A stretch of DNA of 64,000 bases from Phyllosticta citribraziliensis (Eukaryota): contig NW_027117338.1 of the NCBI RefSeq assembly GCF_038025025.1, positions 2,046,001-2,110,000 on the forward strand, written 5' to 3'. Position 1 is the first letter of the stretch. The number at the start of each line of letters is the position of its first letter. Shown piece by piece: positions 11,569 through 24,236 of the stretch. A program made the translations under genes and the position numbers. A model generated the notes under the pieces. That model made no database searches. It was not told the DNA's origin and was given only the letters and a program-made list of their open reading frames with translations.

Positions 11569-12326
11569 GCTGCCATCGTCGTGAGCTGGCAAATTGGTGT
11601 TGCGAAAGCAAAAAAAGTCGGGAGCGCGTCTGGTGGTCGCGTCCAGTTGCCCGCGAGGAGCTCGGGCCGCACGCCCCACAGGAGTCACCCGACGATCAAG
11701 CAGGGTTCGTCCAGGTTGTCCACCTCAAACTCCAGCCCCCCCTGATCCAATTTCTTCCAGCTGCTTGATCAATTAAGGATGACAACAGTAGTCTCAATAT
11801 TGTAGTCAAAGCCAGTCTTATACAGGGAGCATGCAAAGGGATGTCTGCTGGTTACAGACAAGCCGAGATGAGTACAGCAGTTTGTAGATCAACTCCATTC
11901 CGTTCTACCTACAACCATCCAACACCTCATCTGCCACTCAAACACACATCCGTCTCCGTCTGCCAACTCCCACCCGTCGTTAAGGTCCTCGTCCAGGTAT
12001 ATCGTTGCGTCGTCTGTCATCCGTTCATTCGTGCGGTGCCCGCTCCTCCTCAACCATCCCTCCATCCACCAAGCGGTACATACACTGCCGCTGCCATCGT
12101 CAGAAGTTAAAACGAAGAGGGAAATTACTCATGCCCATATCCCGTCTGCCCCACGCACACACCACTGGACTTGATGAAAAAGAAACGCAATAAAGAAAGC
12201 AAAAACTTCCGATGCCTCACCCAGCCCGCAACAAGAAAACATGCAATCGATCATGCAGTATCCCACTCTTATCCTCCGTCAATACACTCGGCCGACTCAA
12301 GTAGCTCAACAGAGCATACTGTCCAA

Positions 12327-15300
12327 TCAGAAAAGACCCGCGCGTCCCCCGCCCAAGCTGTTCCATGCAGCATACACATCCTCGCAGACGCTGGTTCTAT
12401 CGCCCTCGCCGCGGTCTTCGAGGCCAAAGCCGTAGACGCCGTAGGCAACGGCATCCTGGCCCTCCTCAAGAGTCGTCGTGATAGCGACACCGCTTCCGCT
12501 GCTCCGCATGCTCTTAGCCGTGCCGACCGAGGAGCGCGGGCGGCAGCTCGCAGCTTCGATACTGCTGCTGCTGCGGTCCCCACTGCTCCCACTTCCGCTA
12601 GCACTGCTGGTGCGACAGCTGGGAACGTTGCTGCCGACGAGTTTCTGCGAGAAGTTGGGCGTGTTTGAATGCCGCGCCGTCGATGACGAGGTCGTGGTGT
12701 TCGAAGTGGCAGTAGTGCTGCCCGTCCTCAGCCGCACCGGAACCGTAGGCTTGCCGTTGGCAATGGCACCAGGGGGTCCGGAGATGGCGTGCGCAGCCGA
12801 ATCGGACAAGGTCGTCATGGTAGCCGTGGATGTCGAGGTTGAGATCATACTGTCGGGTGACGCGGTGGAGGGTCGGCCATCACTGGAATAGGCCTGTGAT
12901 TGGGGGCGCGAGGCAAATTGCGAAGAACGGCGGTGCGAGGGGACAGCGAGCGTTTGCGTTTGCGTCTGACTTTGGTTGTAGGGATTGGCAACAGCGAAGC
13001 CAGACTCAAGCGTCTCGCGCGACGCGTTGCGGTGATGCCAAATTGGATGCGTGGGGCGCTGTAGACCGGCCGTAGCGTACGTGAATGAAGGCTGGCGCGC
13101 GAGAACGTGAGAAAATTTGGGCGGAGACTGATCTCTGCTCTTCTTGCGTGAGTGCGAGGAACGCGCTGGTCGGTCGCGAGGCTGCTTTTCCATTTGATCC
13201 GCAGACCCGTTCTTTTCCTGGGTTGAATCGGAGGACGTGAGAGGGATCGACTGAAACTCGTCGTGGTTCTGGGTCACGCTGTCACAGACGGCAGTGAGAG
13301 CCTTACTCTCACGAAAGCTGCTATCAAAAACAGGGTTGGGTGAGCGAGGCGAGGGCAAGGCCGAGTCGTTGACGGAAGTCGTCGTCATGACACTCGGAGA
13401 ATAGGGTGAGAAAAGATCGAGAGGAGAAAAGATATTCAACGGAAGCTGAGGCGGCCGAGACTCCCGGAAAGGCAGCATCGTTTTTGTGGGAAGTGGAGGC
13501 ATGTTGCCATTCGAATCGTATGAGATGCGGTTTAGGGATGCAAGAGTACCCGAGATGGATGACGAGGTCGAGCGATACTTATGCTTTGGGTGTGGTGGTT
13601 TGTACACTGTGCTGGGAAGGAACTCGCCCGAAGGCCGCAATGATGATGTCCGCTCCGGAAAGACCTTGTTCGTTGATAAAGATTGTGTCCGGCTGTGTCG
13701 GTAGCCGGTACCGTGGAAGGGACCGGGCTGGAGACCTTGCTCCGAAGTCCGTCGCCCTGAGTTCTTGTGAAACTCCTCGACAAGAGGCGAGATGATGCCT
13801 CTTTGATGTTCCAGTTTGAGGGCAGTGTTGTAGCCTTCAGTAAAGTTTTGCTTCGCCATGGAAGCACGCTTTCTGCGCATGAGCTCAAGAAGCATTTCTT
13901 CTTCTCTCGTCACAGCCATGAGCTTGCGCTGGGGCACTTCAGCCTCTTCGGAGGTGTTTGCTGGCTGTTGTGCTGCCTTCTCAGGCTCTGAAGTGCTGTT
14001 AGAGGCGTCGTAGAAACTGCCGCGGCCTTCTTCGGCGTCTTCGACTGTGGAGAGTTGGCGAGGGTGGTTTGGCCTGCGAGTGCTGGGCGTGCGTCGTGGG
14101 AACTCGGTTGAGGTGGCAGAAGAGGGAGCAGATGGAGCAAGTGCGATATCAATGGTTGCGGTAGTCGTTGAACCTCGAGCACTGCACTCTGATGGAGACT
14201 CAGAGGCCCTTCGGATATGCTCAAGCGACTGGCGAGGCCGAGTGACCTCAAGAGCGCGAGCTCGCCCAACTTGGATGTCCACGTCCTTGTCCGCGTCGGT
14301 CAGGATAGAAAGAGACTCTCGAATGTTTGGCATGTCAGTAGAACTGGCTCCAGATTCAGAATCGTCTGACGATGAAGACGAGAGTGACAGAACGCTTGCC
14401 CCCTTCAGGTCTGTATGGGATAGTTTGCTGCTGCTGTTCCTGCGCAAGCTTGGTCTTTTCTTCGTTTTTGGTGGCGAGAGAGTTTCGCTAATCTTGAGAG
14501 GGGAGCTACCCAAGTGAAGTTCGTCGAGCGCCTCTCTACTCCGTGATTTGGATCTCGACTGCGACCTTGAACGGACGCTCAACTTCGACCTTGGGCGTGA
14601 CCTTGATCTGGATTTTGATCGTGCCCGTACATTGAGCCGCGAGTCAGATCTCGACGACCGAATAGACTTTTGTGATGGCGTGCCGGAACGCTTGTCGTTG
14701 TAAAATTGCTCGACGCCTAGCTCCGGTGGTCGATAAGGCCGGTAGGTGGTGTGCGACTGGACTTCAATGGACTTTGCAACGTCCTCTCCTAATGGCCACT
14801 CAGTTTCAACATCCTCGTCCTCATCCTCAAACTCGTCGTCATCATCAGATTCCCCAAGTCCGTCGAACCAGTTTTGAATTCCAGGGGGCGGACGGCGCAC
14901 GTGAATTTTGGCCGTTTCGCATGCGTCCCGGTACACCCTAGCCGCCGGTTGACTGACTGGGGCACGCGGCTCGGCAGGCACAGAAGTTTCGGCATGCAGT
15001 CCGCTTTCGGCGCGGAAGCCATTAGATCCCGCGCCCGTCATCATCATCTCTTGCTGGGGTTTCAACGCGGCTTCCGGGGCATAAAATTGGAGCGAGTTGG
15101 TGGACAACGAGGTTGGCGAGGTGACGAACTTGGTGGGCGACAGCATCGGATCCGCGCCACTTTCCTTGGATTTGGAGGGCTTGTTGAATAACCTTGAAAG
15201 ATCGAGTTTCGGGGAGGCTTTCCTCCGCGCGGGGGTATCCATGGCAGACGGGTGGTGGTGGGTATCGTCAGGTAGCGCTGGGGGCTCTTCGTCATCACTC

Positions 15301-15884
15301 AGATGGTAGAGGCTGTTTGGAGACGAGTGGCTGCGGACGTGACCTCTTCGCAGACCACCGTGGGCAATGGCAGAGGCCGAGGTTTGCTGCGACACGGACA
15401 GAGGGGCCTTCTTTGGGTCGTAGTGGGAGCCGAGGCCCAGTCTCGAGCGTTTGGACCTCAACTTTGCGGGCTGGTTGGAAGATTGTGGATCGGGGGTAGG
15501 TTCTTCGGGGGCGACGGGGTAGACTCTGGCAGCGTATTGGACGATTTCAGGATCCGGTGGAACCGTGGTGGAGGTTTTGTAGGCCGAAGTAGAACTCTGG
15601 CTGGCGTCTGATACAGTGATGCTCATGTAACTCCGCTTCGAATCCAGCGAGGGAGAGACGGCTCTTTGCAGAGGACTGGCTGTATTTGCGGGACCTGGGT
15701 TGGAGCAGTCGTTGGACTGAGCACCGAGGAGCCTTCTTGCCTTGGGCGAAGGAGTGAAGTCGGGGACAAGAGGGTCGGGGAGGAGAGGAACGGTTGGCGG
15801 AAGGACAGGCGGATCAGTGGCTTCTCTCCGGGCTTGGGCACGGCGACCCGGAAGAGGGAAGGCGAACTTTGAAGAGCGACCCAT
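12327..15884 (-). CDS. Large Ser/Pro/Arg-rich, mostly disordered hypothetical protein (about 1185 aa)
   Basis: Single long ORF; first ATG at 15884 (MGRSSKFAFPLPGRR). Contains short ordered islands RRPPPGIQNWFDGL, KLMAVTREEEMLLELMRRKRASM and C-terminal DRTSVCEDVYAAWNSLGG. Confidence 0.85.
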   Translation of the reverse strand: MGRSSKFAFPLPGRRAQARREATDPPVLPPTVPLLPDPLVPDFTPSPKARRLLGAQSNDCSNPGPANTASPLQRAVSPSLDSKRSYMSITVSDASQSSTSAYKTSTTVPPDPEIVQYAARVYPVAPEEPTPDPQSSNQPAKLRSKRSRLGLGSHYDPKKAPLSVSQQTSASAIAHGGLRRGHVRSHSSPNSLYHLSDDEEPPALPDDTHHHPSAMDTPARRKASPKLDLSRLFNKPSKSKESGADPMLSPTKFVTSPTSLSTNSLQFYAPEAALKPQQEMMMTGAGSNGFRAESGLHAETSVPAEPRAPVSQPAARVYRDACETAKIHVRRPPPGIQNWFDGLGESDDDDEFEDEDEDVETEWPLGEDVAKSIEVQSHTTYRPYRPPELGVEQFYNDKRSGTPSQKSIRSSRSDSRLNVRARSKSRSRSRPRSKLSVRSRSQSRSKSRSREALDELHLGSSPLKISETLSPPKTKKRPSLRRNSSSKLSHTDLKGASVLSLSSSSSDDSESGASSTDMPNIRESLSILTDADKDVDIQVGRARALEVTRPRQSLEHIRRASESPSECSARGSTTTATIDIALAPSAPSSATSTEFPRRTPSTRRPNHPRQLSTVEDAEEGRGSFYDASNSTSEPEKAAQQPANTSEEAEVPQRKLMAVTREEEMLLELMRRKRASMAKQNFTEGYNTALKLEHQRGIISPLVEEFHKNSGRRTSEQGLQPGPFHGTGYRHSRTQSLSTNKVFPERTSSLRPSGEFLPSTVYKPPHPKHKYRSTSSSISGTLASLNRISYDSNGNMPPLPTKTMLPFRESRPPQLPLNIFSPLDLFSPYSPSVMTTTSVNDSALPSPRSPNPVFDSSFRESKALTAVCDSVTQNHDEFQSIPLTSSDSTQEKNGSADQMEKQPRDRPARSSHSRKKSRDQSPPKFSHVLARQPSFTYATAGLQRPTHPIWHHRNASRETLESGFAVANPYNQSQTQTQTLAVPSHRRSSQFASRPQSQAYSSDGRPSTASPDSMISTSTSTATMTTLSDSAAHAISGPPGAIANGKPTVPVRLRTGSTTATSNTTTSSSTARHSNTPNFSQKLVGSNVPSCRTSSASGSGSSGDRSSSSIEAASCRPRSSVGTAKSMRSSGSGVAITTTLEEGQDAVAYGVYGFGLEDRGEGDRTSVCEDVYAAWNSLGGGRAGLF

Positions 15885-18645
15885 ATTGTGAAGGCCGGGA
15901 GGAGGGGTGATGTGAGAGATGAAGAGAGGTAGGGAGCGGGCTGGGTGGAATATCAAGCTCTGGTAGTAGACCCTGGGGGCGTTTCAGCGTGGGGACGGGG
16001 TGGCATGAGTCGGAGGAGATGGGGTCGGGGTCGGGGTCGGGCAGGGCAGAGAGGCAGCCCGAGGAAGGATTGGTTGGATTGCCTGCAGTGGATGGTTGTA
16101 TGACGGGAGGGCTGCCGTCGCTGGGCTGGGCTGGGCTAGGCTTTGTTTGCAGGTACTGTAGGTAATGTATGTCACTGATGCGAACGAGGACCCGGCACCA
16201 TGGATCTATGCGACGGCCGACAGCCCAGCCCAGAGCCACCAAACACCATGGAAAACATCAGTCCAAGTGGTCGCCGTGTCTTGTTCTCTTCCATTTCTTG
16301 TCAACCCACGCGCGGACCAGTGACAACTGACAGGGGCCTTTCACATGCCCCCTCGCCCTCGCCCTCGCCATGACCACCACCATGGCCGGCACTCCCGTCG
16401 CATCCCCCCCACGCCCCTCGGTCCTCTCCACTCCACGTCCAACCGGGTTTCACCATTTCCACGGCCTTCAACCTCCACCGCAGTGCCTACTGTTCGCACT
16501 CTACAGACACCCTCCGCTACCCGCCCGTTGCTCGCCGCTAGCCGCCATCCTGCCAACCCACGCCACAACGCTGTGCCGGCCACCTCATCCAATAATCCTT
16601 CCTTCAATCCAATGTCGCACCGCATCAACACCACGCCTGCAGCTCGCGCCCAGAGACATGTCTCTCAGGTCCCCTCCCCCCAATCCTCGTCCACTCGCCG
16701 CCCTTCACCTTCTCGAAGACTCTTCAGTGCCTCCCCGCCCGTCCTTGCTTCATTGCCTCTGCACACCAGAAACCACTATTAAACTCATTTTTCCTTTTTC
16801 CTTTTTAAACTCGCCTGTCCTGCACCATGCCCGTGTGCGCGCGCCCCATTGTAATACATACATGCTAGCTCCATGCCACGCCGCTCCACATGCGCGCTGT
16901 CATCTCCGGTCCACGGTACCGTAGGTACTCTCGACGCCAGCCCACGTGAGATGCTCCAATCCGGCCACACGAAGCGAATTGCCAATGGTCTAGCGCTTGC
17001 TGTGCGCTGCCGCCCGGCAAATCCCTTCAGATCCCTTCTCTGCCACTTGCATGCCCGAGAGAAAGCAACCAAGAAAATGCCGTGTCGCGAGTTTGCTTTG
17101 CGCATGTTGCCGTTCACTTTCCTCGTCGTTGGCCAATCGACGCCCTGGATGACGCACCGCATCTGATATCAACCAAACCAGCAAGGAGACGCCGATTCCG
17201 AGCCCTGTCGCATCCCACTCGGCCATGGCGACGACTGTGTGCGACGCACTCGCTGGCTCGGGTTGCTCGAGTCGTGTTGCTTTGTGGGACAGCAGCGTCC
17301 TTCTGCGCGTGTCGCTCCTTGCATGCTGACGGGAATCGTGTTTACACATCTGGCTGCCTGCTTCTCTTGTGGCGGTGCGAGCCCGAGACCAACACCATGC
17401 TTCTTCATTCTTTCCGCGCCCTAAGCACCCTGTTTGCGCCTCACTGCCTTGCCTTCGCCACCATTGCCAGCCGAAACCGTTTGTGACGACGTCCGTAGCT
17501 CTGAAACGTAGCTCGCCGGCCCGTCTGACGGCTTGGTCCAGCAACTGGTACACGGCGACGCCCAATCCAATCTTCAACTCAGCCTCACCTCACCCTGCCA
17601 GATCCTCACATTCCGAGTTCCGCAGCGAGAGCTTTGCAGCCAATTTGGCCAAATCTATCTTGCAGTCCTTCCCAATCTAGCGCAGCCAGGGCCATTGCGG
17701 TCCAACCAAGCCGGTTCGCCGACCAGAGCGACGGTGCTGTTCGAGAAATGCGCATGCAATCAGGTAGACTTCAAGACCAGCGCGTCGCCAGGCAATTCCA
17801 TCGGCACTTGCCTTGCAAAATACCGACCTTGCCTAGGTGCCGAAGGCATGCACGTGGAGCCTGCCATGTTTGCTTTGTTCGACTTGTCCCTGTCGAGGAA
17901 CTTGCCGTCCTGGGCTCTCTTTAAGCTGCGGCGTGTGCCCAGATTTGCTCCGCGATAGATGGCCTTCTTCAACAACGCAGGGACCCGCCCATCTTGGACG
18001 CGTTCAGCGGGCACGGCTATCTGGCGGATCTGGGAGGATGCGCGTTTCTTGCTCGTGTGTTTCGCTGGGCGACAAGAACACCAGTAGTTGGCTCCCGCTC
18101 TAGACCCAGGGCGCAGCAGCGAGCCGCCACTCTTGTCGCAACACCTGCCGATGCGCGCGCCCATTGGAGAAAACGAATAGCATTTCGGTCGCGTGTGAGA
18201 TTGTGAGCCTCTGAAGTCAAAGCCCGCTGGAAACTTTGAAACGTGCCATCCTCAAACGTTCACGTTCAATGACGTCTGCGACGGGGTCCCGCCAGGAACG
18301 CCCGCCGTTTCAACCCCCCAGTTTCATGATATTCCCGCTTTCCACCACTCAGACCCTTCTCTTCGCGACCGCTTTCAATTTGGCTTTTAAGCTCGGTCGT
18401 CCGCGCAGAGTTCTGGTCGGCATCGGTCTCGGCGCTGAGCTGTCAGCGCGCCATTGGCGAGTTGAACCTGGACGCGCACTTTAATAAGCCCCAGTCCAAC
18501 AACTTTGATGCCCAGTGCTTGAGCCAAGAGATGTGATGAAAGTTGTGATGTGTGGAACCCCGAGGGCAACGTGTTTGGCTGTTGGACCTTTCCGCACAAC
18601 CGAACGTGGGAACACCGAGGAATTGTCACCCTTGATTGAGCAATG

Positions 18646-19351
18646 TCACTGCCATTTGGCCGAGTTGTCCGGAATAAGCTTTGTCTGTGTGTATAGCTGT
18701 CTTTGGTGCGACTTCTTCTTCATCTGCATGACCCTCTCGCGCGACTCGAGCGTGACGTTGGATCGACGAATATTTGAGCCATAGAGAACTGTGAAATCGG
18801 CGAGTTCAGCTCCGGGTGCTAGAGATGTCCCCGGCGCTAAGTGGCAAAACTATACGAAAAATCGAGTTAGAATCCTGAGGGATGGTGGGCAGTTTTTGGA
18901 AAACCCAATCGTGTGCCAAATGCTGACTTACCTTGCCCACCACTGCAGAGAATCCGACCCTCGTATTCGTTCCAACAACTGTACTCTCTCCTACAAGCGC
19001 TGCTTCCACGACTGCGCCGCTCTCCACTACCACGTTCTTGTCCAGCATGACTCCCCTACCATGATCGCCCTCAAGTTCCGTGATGCCAACCGTGGCAGCT
19101 TCGTAGACGATGCAACCTTCGTCAATGACGACGGGGCCGTGTAGCGAAGAGATCTTGGCCTGCGGATGGATGATGGCGCCTGCCATAATTGTGATCGTGT
19201 GGTGTCCGGTTAAAACGGCGTGGTTGGCGATGATTGCGGATTCGTGGACCGAGACGGGCGGTTTGGGTAGAGCAGATGCCGTGCGCTTGCTGGTTGAAGA
19301 GCGGGATACATGCCCTGAGCTTTTGGTCGACAAGCGCTGAGAAGTAGACAT
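18646..19351 (-). CDS. Left-handed beta-helix protein, dynactin subunit 6 (p27)-like
   Basis: Hexapeptide-repeat pattern (ITIMAGAIIHPQAKISSLHGPVVIDEGCIVYE...VVVESGAVVEAALVGESTVVG). Intron 18931-18850, then FCHLAPGTSLAPGAELADFTVLYGSN...KLIPDNSAKWQ*. Confidence 0.8.
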
Positions 19352-19834
19352 TGTGGTCGCCGTTGAAGCGCTGTCAAGTTGACAGGTGTTGAGGGTTGAC
19401 GTGAGCTTTGAGGGAGCGAGTCATGCCATTTCCAAGTCCCCACGACGCGGGGCCATGTGACCCCTCTTTCCCCAGTCGGACATCACACTTGTGTCTGTTT
19501 TAAATTTCTTCATTTTTTCCCTCGTGTCTTCCATCCCTTCGTTGCTGTTCATTTTGCAGACAAAAAAAATTCTCTTGGTCAATTGCAAGATACTGCGTGG
19601 TAATCATGCCTCCTTTCTCACGCCTTTTGAACGATATCATCATGCTATTTTGGCCAACATGAACCTCTCGATTAACATGTCTGACAGATCAGATCATGAG
19701 ACTAAATGTCGGGGTATCAACCAAACCCTTCACGTACCGGTAACTGCATCCCAGATGTAAACCGGCCTTCCCTAATCTAAAGACTCATCCTCGACCAAAA
19801 ACAAACCCAACATTGACCACACCAAAGCAGTCAC

Positions 19835-22800
19835 CTATACCTCCTCCTTTTCCGTCTGCGTACCAACCCTGCTGACCGTACTCCTTGATTGCACAGCTGA
19901 CAATTCGCTCCCGCGACCAGCACTCGACTCCTTTGCCAAGCTGTTTGTCCTCGAGAAGGAGAAGAAGCCCTGGGAGAGAGAGAGTGGGCCGTGCTTCTTG
20001 CGAGCATCGTTCTCGCTCTCATCAAGACCAGAGGCAAACCAGCCAAAGGTGCGCTTGGCCAACTTCCATAGCTCGACACCAGCGAGAAAGATGATGACGG
20101 CGCCGAAAGCAAGACCCCATTCCCAAGAGATTCCTGGGGGTTGTTAGCTATCATTGACAAATCGAGAGCGAGAGAGATATGGAAAGACTTACCCTTGTGC
20201 TTGAAGACGGTGGTGTTGAATCCGGGTATGTAGATGCAAGGAAAGACGATGACGCTGCCAACGACGACGGCCCAGAACAAGAACTGGTTCTCCCAGAGGT
20301 CATGGAAAATGGGGAACGAGCGTTCGGATCGTGGGTCGAGTCTGAACAAACTGCGCCTGAGACCCTTGATTTCCCACGCAAACACCAGAATCAGCCATGT
20401 TAGCTCGGCGAACACAGCTGCTCTTGCTCGGAAGACCAAGTCGCAGGAATCAGAGTTTTTGCGGTTGCAGTCGACTCCAAGTTGTCCGTCCCCAACGCCG
20501 TAGACCACAATGATGAAGGTGAAGAGGGTCAGGACGCCCATAATGAGTCCGTAGACAAGCATGTCTGCAATAATTTCCCAGGTAAAGACACCCTTCCTGT
20601 TGTCGTGGGGCGGTCTGCGCATGATGTTGTACGTCGCCTTCTCCCGGCCGAGTCCAAAGGCAGGGAAGCCAGATGTTACCATGTTGATCCACAGAATCGA
20701 AAGTGGTGAAAGCGGAAAGACGGAGAAATTGTTACGGTCTTGGAAGCCTAGACCACACACCAGGAGGATGACTTCGCCAACGTTGGTGGTGAGCAAATGC
20801 AAAACGAATCGCTGCACATTATCAAATAAACGACGTCCTTCCTCGACCGCATTGACAATGGAACCAAAGCAGTCATCGGTCAAGACAATGTCGGATGCGC
20901 CTTTTGCAACGTCGGAGCCAGCGAGTCCCATGGCAATTCCCACGTCCGCTGCCTGAAGAGAGGGAGCATCGTTGACTCCGTCGCCAGTCATGGCAGCATA
21001 TCCCCTGCGACGGTGCAGAGCCTCAATCATCCGTGTTTTCGTATGTGGTGCGCAGCGTGCTATGACGAGGGGTAGTTCCGGCATCTTATCAATCTCCTCA
21101 TCAGACAGGGCGTCGAATTGAGCGGCGGTCTTGACAAGTGAGTCGGCGACATCCTGTGGAAGGGTTGCCATATCCTTGGGGATGATGCCAACTTCCTTGG
21201 CGATAGCAGCGGCTGTACCAGCATGATCTCCTGTGAGCATGTGGACTCGAATGCCAGCAGTTGTGCACTCGCGAACAGCATCTTTTGTTTCGATTCTGGG
21301 CGGGTCATAAATCCCGACGAGCCCGAGGAGAGTGAGATCCTTTTCGACTTCCTCTCGGTCGACCTCTGTCTGGGCGGTGATCTTTCCAGACCATGTGCGG
21401 CGCGCAATTGCGAGCACTCGGAGTCCTTGGTCGGCCAAGAGAGTCATTTGTTCGTTGATTGACTCCTGTACTTCGTCATCCATCTTCTTTTCATGCCGAT
21501 CAAGCCCGACGTTGACACAAAAAGGGAGTATCCGCTCGACAGCTCCCTTGGTAAAGATGATGGCATCATCTTTCCCTGGCTCTTTGTAGACAACAGACAT
21601 TCTCTTCACCGTACTGTCAAAAGGGTACTCGTGCAGCTGCTTCCAGCCAGCTCTTTCAAGAGTCTTCTTGCCTTTTTCAAACCGGTGCGCAAATACTTGG
21701 AGAGCGATTTCGGTCGGGTCGCCAGTGGTCTGCCATTTGCTTTCTTGGTCATTGTAACGGACTGTCGCCAAGTTACATAGCGCAGCGGCCTGGAGAACGG
21801 CGTCCAACTCTGGCTTCATCTCAACTTCGTCAGAGTCCTGCTCTTCCGAGCTAGGCTCGGCCTCAGCCTCGGCTTCTCGGGCTCGACGCTCGTCACGCTC
21901 AGTCTTTTCCTTAGGCTCTCTGAATCTCAATCCAGCCCCGCTACGCTCGCTGTCAAGCTTCTCACGGCGGGCCTGGGCTTCGAGATCCATTTCGGCCTTG
22001 GATTTTTCAGAACCGAGTGTTACAGTGCCAGAGGTCGGATCAAAAGCGTCATCGGAACTGTTCACGGTATAGATACCGACGCCCGGAATCCAAGCCTTGC
22101 GTGTTACCATCTGACCCTGGGTAAGTGTGCCAGTCTTGTCCGAGCAGATGTTGGTGATACCACCAAGTGCTTCGAGGGCGTTGAGCTTGCGAGTAAGTAC
22201 GCGCCGCTTGCGCATGGAGGTCATGCCGGTGACGAACGTAATCGTCAGAACTGCGATGAGTGACTCGGGAATCATGGCGATACCTATACAAAAGAATTAG
22301 AAAATGGTTCTGTGGTCGAATCGTGGGGACTTACCAGTCGAGATGGCATAAATGGCCACTTCCTTCGTCACCTCAAATCGATTGACGCCGAATACAATGA
22401 TAGCAAGAAGGATTGCGAATGCGAACAGGATGTATGCCAGCTTGGACAATTTGATCTGCAACGGTGTACCGACTGTAAGTCCAAGAAATGCACCGGCAGC
22501 ATCCCAGATTCTGAGCGTGAGACCCTTTGCAGGTTGTAGGTTACCGCCCTTCTTTCGCGACATTGAACGATTGGGTTTCCGCTTCTTGCCTTGCATAGAA
22601 CTAGCAATCTTGCCAATCTCAGTATACATGCCGGTGAAGACGACAACACCTTGTCCGCGACCCTTTGTAACCGTTGATGAAGAATATGCCATGTTCAAGC
22701 GATCTCCAACTCCAGTCTCGAACTCATTGACGGTTGAAAAGTCGGCCTCGGGGTCTTTGGCGACGGGAATGGCTTCGCCAGTCAAGATTTTTTCGTCGCA

Positions 22801-23431
22801 CTCGAGGTTCATGGAATCGAAGATGCGAAGATCGGCAGGCACGGTATCTCCAGTTCTGATCTGGACAATGTCGCCGGGCACGACCTCCCCCGAGGGAATG
22901 GCGTCCAAGTGGCCGTCTCGAAGGACTGTCGCGGTTGGTGAAGAGAGAGCGCGAAGAGAATCCATCTTCTTCTCCGCTTGAAACTCCTATTCCGTAGTCA
23001 ATTTTTGAACATCTGGGAGCATGGTGCCCGTCGAAACCGTTTGCACGTACCTGGTAAAATCCAATCACAACGTTCAAGACTATGACTGCGGTGATGACAC
23101 CACCTTCGACATAGTCAGATACTCCATACGACAATGCCATGGCTAGCAAAAGTACCTATAACTTGTCAGGCGGCCGTCTTTTGAGGGGCAGTAATTGACT
23201 TACCAAGAGCATGGCGTTGCTGATCTGCTTCAGCAGTATCGTGTACCACTTGACCCCGCCTTCACCCGACAATTTGTTTTCTCCATACTTCTGGCGGAGC
23301 TGGCTAGTTTGCGAGGACGATAGACCGGAGTCGATGTTGGTTCCAAGTTGTGAGCTGAGGTGGTCAACGGAAAGCTGGAACGGGTGCTTTTCATAGACCT
23401 GCTTGGTCTCTGAGGCCTTGTGAGATCCCAT
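19835..23431 (-). CDS. ENA1: ENA-type (P2D) Na+/K+-exporting P-type ATPase
   Basis: LTGEA, IPESL, ICSDKTGTLT (phosphorylated Asp), WQTTGDPTEIALQVFA, KGAVE, MLTGD and TGDGVNDAPSL. Introns 23203-23156, 23050-22987, 22334-22284 and 20192-20134. Confidence 0.93.
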
Positions 23432-23654
23432 GACTAACGAAAGGACAAGCGAACGAGCTTGGGACAAAGCGACTTGGTGCGCTGAAGGAGCAAATGAGAA
23501 TCGACATATATGAATGTCGATTTTGAGTCATTGACGAACGCGTATGAGAACCCGAAAGGTAGGGCGTGGTTTGCTCTATATATACCCGCATCAAGAACAG
23601 TTCTCTTGTCAAGATATGGTCCCATGAAAGATGGTTCCCTGCACCATGACCGCC

Positions 23655-24140
23655 GCCAAGGCTTGCTTTTCGTGGACATCTTGGCAAGCTCGCCGGCACT
23701 TGCCCTCTGCACAGTACCAAGGCGCCTCTCCAAGGCAAAGAACCAATCTAGAGAGCTTGGGAGCGGGTTGCCATCGCGGAGGGCGGCTTAACCACCGGAA
23801 AGGGTATCCGGGCGCCAAGGTGTGGCTTGGCGCGTTCCACTCCGCTCGCTCCTCCGCCCGTGACCCCGCCATCTTGGCAAAACTGTTTTCATCCTGGGTG
23901 TCGTCATGAGTCGTGCCGCAGTTCCGAGAATAGCCATCGCGGCTAGACATAAACACCAAAAGTAGTGGACTTGTAGACGCTGAGCAAAACAGATCCTTGG
24001 CCAAAGCAATACAGAGGTCGACTCAAGGCCGTCGTTGCGAGTATGTATCGTCACAAAGACCGATGACGATCATACTGACATAAATCGTAAGCAATGAGCT
24101 CACCAAAGGAATCGCATCCCACCCATGGCGTGTAGCCAAG
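23655..24140. promoter_or_regulatory. Cluster of seven PacC/Rim101 consensus sites (GCCARG) upstream of the ENA ATPase
   Basis: GCCAAG at 23655, 23814 and 24135; CTTGGC at 23680, 23826, 23873 and 23996. Sites 23814 and 23826 form an inverted pair. Confidence 0.75.
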
Positions 24141-24236
24141 AAGCCCAAGAAACTCTGCAGAACGCCGCACACCGTCACGCCACGCTGGATATGTCGCCGT
24201 CGTTTTTCAAGGCAATGGGGCACGTTACTGGTTGTC

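Noticed and set aside
16990..18164. Minus-strand ORFs with somewhat protein-like stretches (KIGLGVAVYQLLDQAVRRAG...)
   Set aside because: Interrupted by stops, with no recognisable domain and no convincing splice model. Treated as intergenic.
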